A stretch of 64,000 nt of DNA, taken from contig OZ234494.1 of NCBI GenBank assembly GCA_965153455.1, forward strand, positions 6,510,001 to 6,574,000. Reading direction: 5' to 3'. Below are positions 14,101 through 26,000 of this stretch, piece after piece. Within the stretch, counting starts at the first letter, position 1. Every line of letters starts with the position of its first letter. The DNA is from Sphagnum compactum. Taxonomy: Eukaryota. The notes beneath the pieces were generated by a model. It searched no databases. It had not been told where the DNA came from and saw only the letters and a program-made list of their open reading frames with translations. A program made the position numbers and the translations under genes.

Positions 14101-15258
14101 CCCATGAAATGAGCCCTTGTCCTAAATCTCGCCTTAGCAAACCCTAGATCTAGTCATAGGCATATAGCCTTAGCCAAACACTTCTATAGCCCTCTAGCAT
14201 TAACCCTATAGCCCATAGCTCATCCCAAAAGAGTTGCCCTAGCTTAGAACATTAAACCCATGGGGGTTTCATCAAAGTAGAGACTAACATGAGCAAGAAC
14301 CAAGTTGATAAATATGGTTTTTTTTTTTTGGTTTTTTGGGTTCATCCCTTGTTTAGGGTGTTCACTCCCAGATTGGGGGATTTGAAGGAGGATCACAAAG
14401 TAGGCATGACACAGAAAATAGGGTATAAACTATATAAACTATAATACCCATTTAGGTAGGTCGGTGAGTACTAAACCCTACTTCACCGAACAATAGTACT
14501 TCATGGTTACCTTGAGGCTCTTTAGGGGTTAGGGTTAGGGTTTGGGTAGAGCCTGTAAGGTTGGTGAGTTGTGGAGTACCAACATTGAAAAATGATCCCG
14601 AATGTAACTTAATCCAAAAAAGATGCTTGTGATGAAAAAGTTGTGGTCCGAATAATGAAACAACATGGTACAAAAGAGTCTAGAGACTCTAACATTTAGT
14701 GTCGGATGGATGGGCCATGGTCTTATTATTATATTATGTACAAAAATACTAGTGCCTGAATGCAACTCTGGCTTACATTTGGCTGGGAGAATCTCTTAGG
14801 AGGGTTTTCTCTTTTTTAAATTTTTTTTAAAAAATAAATTAGAAAAAATATTACAAATATGAAAAATATTTTTTTGGGGTGTTCATAATGTTGAGGGTTT
14901 GCCAGCTTAAATAATAAAAATAACTTGGGTTTATTTTAAAAGTCGATTGCAAATTGTACAAATATCATAGAAGTTTACATGAAAATAGATGAAACCACAT
15001 ACTTTTATCTCTCAACATGTATCATTAGTTAAGGGCCTAGCAGAGTCCGAGGAAAAAATCATATTCTGTTGGGTATGATTAAAATTTAGCATAAAATTTC
15101 CTCTATTTAAAAAAAAAACAAAACAGAAATTGGGCATACCCAAAAAAAATCAAATAATAAATACAATAAAATAAGACGGAAAAAAATAGCAAACAGAGGA
15201 TGAATCATTCATCCAACTTTGTTGCATAGTGTGGTATCTTTCTCAACAAACCACAAAG

Positions 15259-15285
15259 AGAGAGAGTGAGAGAGAGAGAGAGAGA

Positions 15286-15318
<33 letters not shown>

Positions 15319-16489
15319 TCCCATCAAATGGGGTTGGTTGTCCATGAGCTCGAAGATCCATTTCTGTCCCCTAAACAAAATCCAACTCCTGACAACAACA
15401 ACAACAACAACAACAAAAGATTAGGAACACTCTTCTTGGAACAACCTTTTCCATATAAACTGCAAGCAAGCAAGGATATGGTTCTTTGATTTTTTGAGAA
15501 CAGGCCGGTCGACATATATATATATATGTATATATGTATATACACCCAGCCTTTTAGATGTGTCGGGTTCTTTTGTGTGGAAAAAGAGAGAGAGAACCGT
15601 GCACTACCACTACACTGGTGGGGACCATCATGGGCTCAGAAAGGCCATGGCATGTCACAGTGGAAAGCATACATAGAAAATGAACAATTGTTTGTATTGC
15701 AGCAGACACAGACACAGAGACACAGAGAGAGAGGTAGAGAGAGAGAGAGAGAATGGATTGCCAAGCTCAACTACCCATGTTACAAGATCCACGTTGTAGA
15801 TCTATATGTCCCCCTGCATCATCAGTCCTTTACTAAAAGGAGAGAGAAAAAAAAAGAAGGAGACAGATAGACTCCTGACAAATGACAAATTCTTCTTCTT
15901 CTTCTTCTTCTTCTTCTTCCAACTTCCAACTTCCACAACATGCCAAGAAAAAAGGGAGCAAAAACTGGTGGAAGCACCAAAACATTCTTCACTACCCCTT
16001 TTCTGCTCTTTTTCTAGTTCCCAACACAACATCATCATCATCATCATCTTCTTCTTCTTCTTCCTTCTTCTTCCAAAAGTAAACTCCATACATACAACAA
16101 GGAGCCAAGTTAAACTTATGCTTTTGTTTTAGCACAGGAGCATCTCTACCCACCCACAACAGTGTAGTAGTAGCTTTACCATTCCAGCATCTCTACTTGG
16201 CATCTACTATTTTTATTTATTTTTCTTTTTTTTCATATTTTTCATTCCAGCAGTACAAATGAAAAATTTCCGGAAATTCCCGCTATAATTGAGAAGCTGG
16301 AAAAAAAATTAAAAAATCAACAAATTTTAGGTACAAAATATGAGCAAGGAATTTCTTTCAGGCATTTTCAGGCATGTGTGTGTGTGTGTAGAAAGGAGAA
16401 AAGAGAGAGTTAGTTACAAGATGGTCCAAGAAAGGTAAAAACATTCCACCTTGGATATCATTTGAAAATTGAGGAAAGGGAAGTGAGAA

Positions 16490-16534
<45 letters not shown>

Positions 16535-16570
16535 CACACACACACCCACACACACACACACACACACAGA
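15259..16570. repeat. Microsatellite-dense island: (GA)n(CA)n, (CAA)n, (TA)n, (CTT)n, (CAT)n(CTT)n, (GA)n(CA)n
   Basis: Direct reading: 15259-15317, 15393-15415, 15891-15918, 16031-16073, 16492-16568. Confidence 0.9.
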
Positions 16571-16879
16571 GTGGCTCTCTGAACAATGTGAGGGTTAGCA
16601 AAAAAGGCCACTGCAACACAACACATGGAAAACTGTGCTATACAAAATACACTTATTGGAAGAAAGGGAAAAAGCCTGTTGTGATCAGTGGCCTTACACA
16701 CTGAAATCACCTGCAAACAGATCTCACTCATCTCAGAGCTTCTGATATGGTGGAAGACTCCAACAGATTTGAATGTCTAGGGTTTAGGCCCAATTGTCTA
16801 GGGTTAGTAGGGCCAAGGAGAAATGGGTGTTACCTAGTTACCTGATGTAAAGCACCAACAGAATTTTTATTTTTTAAAA

Positions 16880-16919
<40 letters not shown>

Positions 16920-16929
16920 GTCCTGTAAG

Positions 16930-17080
16930 TCAGTAGGTAGGAAACTAGGTGTCTACCAAGGTAAGTAGATGCATGTAGTAGATGGGTAGTACATAGGTGA
17001 GGGATAGCGGGTTGTTAGTAAGTAGGTAGGTAGGTAGGTAGGTAGTAAAAACAGCAACTGAGCTAACCATCATTGTGGTT
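16930..17080 (-). mobile_element. Fragment of the 3957-4435 MITE family (inverted)
   Basis: Reverse complement of TGGTTAGCTCAGTTGC..TTTT.ACTACCTA..TACTAACAACCCGC (4147-4194). Confidence 0.6.
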
Positions 17081-17082
17081 CC

Positions 17083-17499
17083 ACTGAACCGGGATGCTTC
17101 AGATTGTGTTCTTGGTCTCTTTGGAAAGCTCTTGAGGAGGAGGAGGGGTGCATCAGCAGCTTGGTTTCATGGCATTTGGACTTGTGGTGTAGAAGTTCTT
17201 GAATATTGAATGATTTTTTCACTGAGAATTAAATTAAATCGTAGCTGAAAGTTTCGGAGGAATTGGAATGTGCCTTTCTTTGGTGTTGTTGGAAAGATAT
17301 CTTGATGAGCAGCAGGATTTAATGGAATTTATTTGGTAAGATTTAATTGGATTCAGAAGAATGTGGGAGATTAATTGATTTTTTAAAGTGATTTCTGCCA
17401 CTGAAAATTCAAATAAATTCCCGAAAAACACCAGGTTTTGGAAGGAAAAATCAGTTGAGAAAGTGGTAACACTTGGGCCAACAGCACAGGCCACACTAG
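17083..17499 (+). mobile_element. Short non-autonomous Helitron-like repeat (5'-truncated copy)
   Basis: Ends GGCCAACAGCACAGGCCACACTAG|T. Body aligns in reverse with 52161-52560 and 52950-53325. Confidence 0.65.
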
Positions 17500-18173
17500 T
17501 TTATATTTGGGAGGGGGGTTGCTCTGAGTTCAGTGATGATGTTGCTCTGTAGGGAGACATTACCTGTTGTAATCTGGAAGCTGTCTAGCTAATTCTGGGC
17601 TAATTCTGAGACTTAGATCTTGCTTTGATTGAAGAGTTTTGAAAAATGTTATGCATCAGTCAAGAGAAACAAGTTCTGGCCATAACCCACTTTCCCTACC
17701 CCCAAAAGGAAAAAAGCAAACAGAGAATTCCAGAAAAAAGAGCCTGTGCTTAGTTAGAGACTCCTCCCATGAGGTCCTCCTCCCTCACATAGTCAGCAGT
17801 ATATCATTCACATTTGAAGCTGGGTTTTCTGAGGGCCTTGAGAATGAAAAGAATGATGCTCAGAGATTTGTCAGAAGAGTGGAGGAGATCTCAGAGTGAG
17901 AAAAAACCTGACTATGGTCATCACCACAATCAAAACAGTCATCCAAACTGCATCAATAATAATACGGGTTTTGGTCTTTAGACTCTGGGGTTTTTTCAAA
18001 GGAAAGGGATTTTGAGCTAAAAACCAACCCATCTTGTTGCACTCCAGGAATCTGGAGAAAAATGGAAGTCACTGACTTGGGTTATATGGAAACTGATAAA
18101 ACAGTAAAAAGGGTTTTGCATAGCTTGCAAACCAAACCTTTGTTGTGTGTGTTTGATTGATGAGGGAGCTGAC

Positions 18174-18560
18174 CAGTGTTGGACTGATAGGTATCCACTT
18201 TTGGACATACCAGTCTAGTCCCAGTATTCAGTAGTACAGTTTTAAAACTTTCATACCAGCCAGGTTGTGGTATTGGGTCCTTTGTAAAAACTTTCATACC
18301 AGCACGGTCTTGCTGTTGGGTCCTTTGAAAGACTTTCATACCAGCCTGGTCGTGGTATTGGGTGCTTTGTAAAACTTTCATACCAGCATGGTCTTGGTGT
18401 TGGGACTGACTGTTGCCTGCTATGAGGCAGGTGCAGCAGACCTGGTACTAACCTGAGGTCCCCTACTGGGCTGGTATTGCCTCAGGTCATCGCAGCCTAC
18501 TAGGGTCCTTATACCAGTGTTGATATTAGGCACAGGGTCTACTGTCGCAGTGCAACACTG
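18174..18560. mobile_element. hAT-type MITE, 387 bp, with an internal ~42-bp tandem array
   Basis: TIRs CAGTGTTGGACTG / CAGTGCAACACTG (12/13 match); degenerate 8-bp TSD GAGCTGAC / GAGGAGAC. Confidence 0.7.
18243..18405. repeat. Minisatellite, ~4 copies of a 42-43 bp unit (AAAACTTTCATACCAGC.. GGT..TG.TATTGGGT.CTTTG)
   Basis: Direct tandem copies readable in the sequence; lies inside the hAT MITE. Confidence 0.9.
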
Positions 18561-20096
18561 GAGGAGACTGACCAGATATTATACACACAATCCACCTAGG
18601 GATCACATGGCTGTGAGGGGGTATGAAGAAGTGGGGTTTGAGCTTTAAGCCCTGAAATCTTGCCTATCAGGGGTGGTGAGATTTGTTCTGTCCTTAGTGC
18701 AGATCAATCCCACACAACAACAGTACGAAAAAGAACTGCTCCAGGCATGTGTTTTGCTCATTCGCATACAGCAGTTTTCTCGTGCTTTGTGCAGAAATTG
18801 TCTACCGCCGCTTCCATGGTTCCTGAAGCACTCTCACCTCTCATGTGGGTCTGGAGCTTGAGAAAGAAGATGATTTCCACACCTGCAGCCAGATAGATGC
18901 CAACAAGCATGGCTACTCCATCTATAGCCTCATTTCCTGGTCAAAATACAATGTCCATACAGGAATACGCCCACCATTCCTCTAGAGTGCATTCCCCTCT
19001 GGGATGGATATAAGAGCATGGCCACCAAGATAGCAACTACATGTCTGAATCAGAAAATTGACATGCATTCTTCTCTGCTTGCACCCATGAATTTCTCTCC
19101 AGCATCACACAGTCCGCAGACTAAGGAAGTCAATGCTACATAGAAATCTTGCAAATCTTGAATCGTAACCTGCAAGGAACAGTTCATTTTCACAACAGCT
19201 ATCTTCAGTTCCTGACAAATATCATAAACAGATTGGGACAAATTTTCTCTAGTAACTTCATTGTTCAACAAGCCATCAAGTTCCAGGTTCACAGCAGAGT
19301 TCTAAGGTGGCTGTCTCCTAAGCAAAGGACATTCTGGTCAGTGTTCAAGGCCTTGACACCATCATAATCTCCTACTTGGAAGGTAGACCTCTGCACCCAC
19401 CACCAATGATGGGTCAGAGTTCAGGCAAAACTACCGTGCTGTGTGAAATGAAGACTAAATGCAAATGTAAACTAAAGGCCCATGTCCATCCATGACACAT
19501 TCCTCCATCAGCATACAATTGCTCCCCCCCTCAAAACTGCTTCTATTACATCTTGAGAACCAAGAATTCTTGTACATTAAATGGCAGTATTTTGTTGGAC
19601 CTGGCACAGCTATGCCATGTACAGAGCCTCTTGTGTGCCACATGTACATTTCCATGGGATCAAGAGACCACTGACTAGACTGCTTTCACAGGTACCAACT
19701 TTTTGGTCAGATGCTGCACCCAAATTGTTCAGTCTGGTGAAGTGGTTGATTTGTATTGATTTGTTGAATCAAGTTGTGCTGTAGTTCAGAATGTTGGTAG
19801 AAGAATCAAGCACCACTCCTTTTGACTTTGGCAGACTACACATCTCACTAATCATCCTTGCAGATAGGGAGATTCTTCAAGTCTACAAATCAATTCAACT
19901 GTGGAAAAACTGTACAAATTCGATAAATTTACCAGAACCTCTCAATCCTAAACTGTTATCTGCTTGTTGTTCAGTAGCAAAAGATAAGATCTGAAAGGAA
20001 AACCTGATTCTCAGAGACTGATGGCTGACAACTGACATAAATCTTTTTTCTATGTGAACCAAGTCAAGGATCCTAGCCCATTTGAGCTTCAAATTC

Positions 20097-23000
20097 TTAC
20101 TGTGCCAGTCCTTTGTACTTGTCAATGGAAGCCACCAATAATGCTTTTCCCCCAACAAACAAATCAAGGCTGTATATAAAGTTATCTCTGCAGCCCACAA
20201 AAATTCTGCCTTCAACCATGACTGGTGATGAAAAAACCTCTCCAGGAAGTTTTGTGCTGGCAATACATTGGCTTTGGACTGTAGTTCTGTTGTCAGCAGC
20301 AACAATATGTGAGCGAGAAGTATCCATCTCAGCACCTGTCTCCACAGACAAGACATGCACTGTTCCTGTCGAAGTTGCAACACACACAATCCTGCACCCA
20401 CCCAATGGAAACCATGAAAACTCCTAGATACTAACCTGTAGCCCAGGTTTTAGGTTTTAGGGTCTAAACCCTAAACCCACTTTCACTCTGTTGCACTGAA
20501 ACAGGGAGGGAGCAGCAACAGCCTATCACCTGTGTGACCGATGATGGTAGCCTGTATCGTCTGCACATGACAACATGATGCTCTCATCTACCCATGCTGA
20601 CCCAGTAATGGCATCCCCAAGATCATGTTTCCACAACTCCTTCCCAGTGTGCTGCCATCCACCATAAGTATACCCCCACCCTTCCTGAGCAAAACCCAGC
20701 TGTTGGGTCTTGTAGTGTGACTCACTCTATACTCAAAAGAGTCAATTCTCTTTCATGTCTGAGAACTCATATATGGAATTTGGACAATACTTTCTGGACA
20801 TGGCAGATTCTAAGCTGAAACTTTGCAAATCCCTTTTGAAGACACTCCCATGGAGAAGATACATTCACAAATCCATGTGAGAAACTCAAGAAAGAATCAT
20901 CTGTCTTTAAATAGGTTTAGGGTTTAGAGGGGTAGAAAGAGGGACTGTACCATGCTTAAAGAATAAACGTAGCCATCTCTGGAGCACACCAACACCTTCA
21001 AGGGGGGACAACACAACACCCAAAACCAACCCCAAGCTTTGCTCTGATAAGCATGGCAGAAGACAAAGCAACATCAAACTCCCTGCTCTTCCACTTGGAT
21101 CAACCTTCAAAATGTAACAACAGAGCACCAGTCCCAGATCTAGAGTCTTGAACAAAAAAACCCCTTGCAATGCAGATCATATGTACCACTGCACACATAA
21201 GCTCACAATATTGTAAACAAAAAAGATGTCTTTTGCTGCTACATGAAATGGGTTCCAAGGATCCAATCTCTGTGAAACTGCCATGAGGATGCCAACCTGA
21301 GAACTCAGTGCAGATGAGATGCAAGCACCCGCAAAGATTGGGCTATTTGTATTCACCTGATGCAAAAATCAAAAACAAATCAGCTCACAACCCTTGTCCT
21401 GTACCGAGATTGCTCCTGAACTGGACTGATTCAATTGAAGAACAAGCTGCATCAATTTGAATAAAAACAAGACATGCTTAACGATGTTGGGAATGGGCAA
21501 TTTGAGATTGTATAACACAGTGTCTCTCTCACACACACACACCTGCCAAGCCAGTGAGCCATGGTGTGTTAGAGCAACAACACTGCCATCCACCCCTGTG
21601 CAGAGCACTATTCCCAGCAAACAAGGCCCACTCAACTTTTTATTCTCTGCATAGACCCCCTCCCCCAGCTTGACACTAAAACCCAGTGCTCAACCTCTAG
21701 CCTAGCATGCATATCACTAGCTTTTTAACACCTGCTAGACATCACATAAGGACTGTGCTGAACTGTTCCTGAAAAATGGTAAATTGTTTGAACAAGTAGG
21801 TGCACACATAAGTGTTGGAGTCAGTGCCAGGTGTAAAGACATTTGTACCAATTCCAGTGGAGAGGTCAATTGCTAGAGATCCAAAAACAGGAGCTGCACA
21901 TGTGTATTTCCACACAGCATCCACTGATGGCTGCCACATCAGAAATCACCGATTCTCAAAAACCCAACAGCATGCGACATCACTCAAGCAGAAAATGACT
22001 ACTGTTCCCATCATCATCTACTTGACACCGAGGTACAAGTGGGTGGCATTCAAACATAAGTTAATGTGGCTGCAATCAAATGACTTACCTCTAGTTTAAC
22101 AGCCGTAACAACCCCAGTTGTGGCTGCAACATACACCATCTTTCTGACCTTCACATGTCAGGCACACTTTGTCACCAATCTGTAGCTTTCAACTTCTCTA
22201 GAATTTTCCAATGACTATAGAATGTCTCAGGCATAGTTGAGGGGGGTGGATTTAGAACAAATTAATTACCTGATCAAATGCAGGGGCGCCAAAGATACTC
22301 CCACCACATGAATGCTGCCATACACATGTGTGAGACATGGCATCTAGAGCATAAATGTGATGGTCATGTGATCCACACCTGCAATCACCATATATCAAAC
22401 TGATCTCTAGTTTGTGACTTAAGTAAGATGCCAGTGATGCCCCTCAGCTAAATTTATAAGATCAGGCAGAAAATCAAGAATATCAGAGGGGGGGGGGATA
22501 ATCGGTTTAAGGTTTTGGGTTTTGGGATATCAGAGAGTCCCAAAGAATTACGGATTCTGACTTGATTTGCATGAACTTACTTTGACACCATTGTGCATTA
22601 CCTGACAGAAAACGAGGTGATCTAAAGTCCTGCTATGTAGGGTCAAAGACATACCAGATCCAGCCTTGCCATGTGTCCAGGGTTGGTTGACACTTTACCT
22701 GCCCCCCCCTCCCCCCCCCCCCCAAGACACACTTTTGTCACTGACAATTCAGATCACACAATCTCCAAGCATTGCAAATAATAAACAATTACCACAGAAA
22801 AATTGGAGAAGAAAGTTGTGCAAGGTGGAAATTTGACAAGTTGAGAAAGATTGGATTACAAGAGAGAACCAAGAAATCCTGACCACACTACATTAGGGTG
22901 GGTTTAGTCTTTGTCATCAAAATGGCTGCTGTTCTGTAACAATTTAGGATGCCATTTTCATTTGCCGTGTTTTTAGTCCACAGTCCAAAGAACGTATCCC

Positions 23001-26000
23001 TTGAAAATTTTGGATACATGACAATCTCTGGCAAGTGCAGACGATCAAGGAAGCAAGAACACAAAGTGGTGGGTTTCTGACCTCCCCACCGGTCTCAAAG
23101 CTCCAGACTTTCTCTCCGGTCCAGAAGTCCAAAAAATAGATAAACCCATCATAGCAACCAACCACAACCTACAACAGAAAGAAAACGCAAATATATATCT
23201 TCATAAGTAATGACAACTTCTCCATACTCACAATTCAAAGAAAAAAACCTGAACTGAACCAAGAGATGTCCTAATCCTAAGGATCTAGAAATTTCAAATA
23301 GACAACATATCAACAAACAGGAAACAGAAAAAAGACAAAAAAAAAAAAAGGGGAGACCTCACAAGCAACCAAAGAAAACAGACAGAGAGAGAGAGAAAAG
23401 GACTGAGGAGTACCGTAGTACCTGGGTGGCTTCGGCAGTTCTCTGCTGAATAATTAATTTAATCCAGAATTTCTGGTTTGGCAGCTACCTTTTTAATTCT
23501 GAAAATTTCAGCATATGCATAATATATCTAATAAAATTCGCAAATATGCTTAAGATATTTCACTGTGTTAGTGGTCAGATGGATGTAAAGTAACTGATTT
23601 GGTCAGGCAGGTCCCTAGTTCAAAACTGGCTGGCAGCTTTGAATGTGATTTTGAAAATTTCGGCAAAAAGGGCTGAATTTTTTCTGAAAATTTTGACAAA
23701 GTTGAAAATTATTTGATTTATGCCAAAGCCGCCCAGGTACTACGGTATTTGAGCAATAGCAACAATCTGTGATTGTTGGCGAGTATGTTTAGTGACATTC
23801 AGGATTTCCAACTCCTTAGAATTCAGATCATTCACAAATATCCAGACAGATAACCAGCTCTCTGGCATGGTTGCAATAGTACCCAAAGGCCATATCAAAA
23901 TCCAGAAGAAAAACAGTCATATGAGTACAAATCTCTTCCTTCCCAAGAGGCCAGAAAAACAAAAACACATAGTACCTGAGAAAAATCATGTGTTATAGCA
24001 GCACTGGACTCAACCCGGCCTGTCAATTGAACCTCCCATTGCACTTCCCCACTGATAGCATCCACACTCATGAAATTGTGGGAGTGAGAACCAATGAATA
24101 TTCGGCAAGTATCTCCATGGATGACCAATAATGGTGATGCGTCTACACATGCCTGGAGAGAGACCCTCCAACACTGCTGCAAACTCCAGTCCTCTTTTTC
24201 AGGCACCTCCTCCAACACTATGTCTTGCACTTGTGATGCTCGGGACTCTGCCTCCGAATGGAGGTGTACACTTTTGTTGCATCGTAGAAATGCAGTTGGT
24301 CCAGGTTTGGAGATAAAGGCAGGCCAGGCCATCTGTGCCACCTTTGTGGTCTGCTCATGTTTCCTCTTCTTCCCTAGTGTCGGGTTTCTGTTTTGAGGCT
24401 CATCCTCACTACTCTGTACAGCCCCAAGGTCTGAAACCCTATACAATGATATACTTCTACCATGACTGTTCTTCTCTCTTTCACTCTGTAATTGGACAAG
24501 CTGCTCATCAACTCCTCTTTGTTCAGATCCAAAGCGCGTTAGTCTGTTGCCCCTGGAGACACCACCCATGGCCTGACAAAGTTGCCAAGCTGTTGGATGT
24601 GCATATATCATGTGCATATTAACCCCAAGAACAAAAGCAGCATGTGCGGCAGATATAGATGTTCCACCCATTGCAAAAAAATTGTCTGCCGCCAAGACTT
24701 CCTTGTTGGCCATTAGTACATGAGCAAAGACCTGAACAAAACACAGTAAATAAATTAGACACACAAATAAAACACCCATCAAGACCCCTCCCCCACCTGC
24801 AGGCATATTATCAAGCACACCCAACTATTAGAGAATTATAAAATTGCTGGGACCTCAGAAATGTTTTATAGTATATTTGCAGGGGTCTTGCAACCAAGGA
24901 GCTAGAAGGTCAGTTTCAGCTTCCTCTCAAAACACTAATGAGAGATCTACAACTAACAAAAAATACAGAACCCCAATAAATTCCTGTTGAACAGGGTTTA
25001 GGGTTTAACCCTAAATCCTAAACCCGAAACCTGCAAAGGACAGTGATGTGTTACCTCTCTTACGTAATCAAGTCCTTGCATAGACTCTTCTTCTTTGTGT
25101 TTGCCAAACTTGGAAATGTAAGGTTGTTGAAACAAAACTGGCTTGGGAAGAGCAGAGTGATTAATTTTCCCTGAGTTAGTCAAGGGCATGGCTTTCAGCC
25201 GGATAAATTGCTGAGGAATCATCACTGCAGTTACCCTTTCTTTCAACCACCGTATCAAAGATTCTTCCAAAGACATCTGGCCTTCATGTGTTGCAACATC
25301 ACCAGAAACCATGGAAGTGCCCTCCTTGGAGCTGTTGGAGAGAACTGTATCGTCAGGTATGACAACATAAGCAACCAGACCAGCCTTGCTGTTGGCTCCA
25401 AGAATGACCAAAGAGACTGCAGCCTGATCTACTTGTGGGTGCTGCTCCAAGATGAATTCAATTTCTTCCAATGCTATACGGTGCCCATGAATCTTGATCT
25501 GCCGGTCTTTCCTCCCAAGCAGGGCAATGCTGCCAGTTGATAATCTCTTTGCCATATCTCCTGTTTTGAATACTCTTACCCTAGTGTCTACTGGTGTGTA
25601 TCCAATCACACCCATAGCATTTAGATCCAACCAATCCTTTTCCTGGGATAGATCCATGAACTTTGAACAGGTCGCTTCGGTATCATCAAAATAACCATTT
25701 GCTACACCTACACCACCCACCCAGAGTTCACCCTCCTCTCCGAATTCTGCCAACTTGCCATTCTCCAACACAATACAGAGCCAATAGCCATCAATGGCCT
25801 CTCCAATTGGCACACTGTTCAGTTCATGTGCCACATCCAGAACCTCATGTCCTTTTGATGAGGACAACCCATCAAAAGTTGGGCACTCAAAGAAGGTGCA
25901 GTCCCCTGAGAGCTGACCATCCAGATTTGCAAGCATCACTTAATTGATGTCTCCAAATGGGTTCACATACATTTCAAGTCCTTGGAAATCTCCAACCAAA

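Noticed and set aside
14365..14489. Telomerase RNA gene (CTAAACCCT template, upstream TATA, USE-like CTCCCAGATTG)
   Set aside because: USE-TATA spacing (~48 nt) is too long for a Pol III type-3 promoter. The template is followed by its own complement, and teloboxes are ubiquitous here.
15802..16132. Small peptide genes (DVL/RTFL-like MLCW; Ser-rich ORFs)
   Set aside because: The ORFs are products of CTT/CAT microsatellites, and the RTFL core is absent.
18243..18405. CRISPR-like array
   Set aside because: Eukaryotic DNA, the units are contiguous with no unique spacers, there are no cas genes, and it lies inside a MITE.
18660..19800. Protein-coding exons downstream of AASDH
   Set aside because: Short ORFs on both strands with no recognisable domain or consistent splice model; possibly UTR or non-coding.
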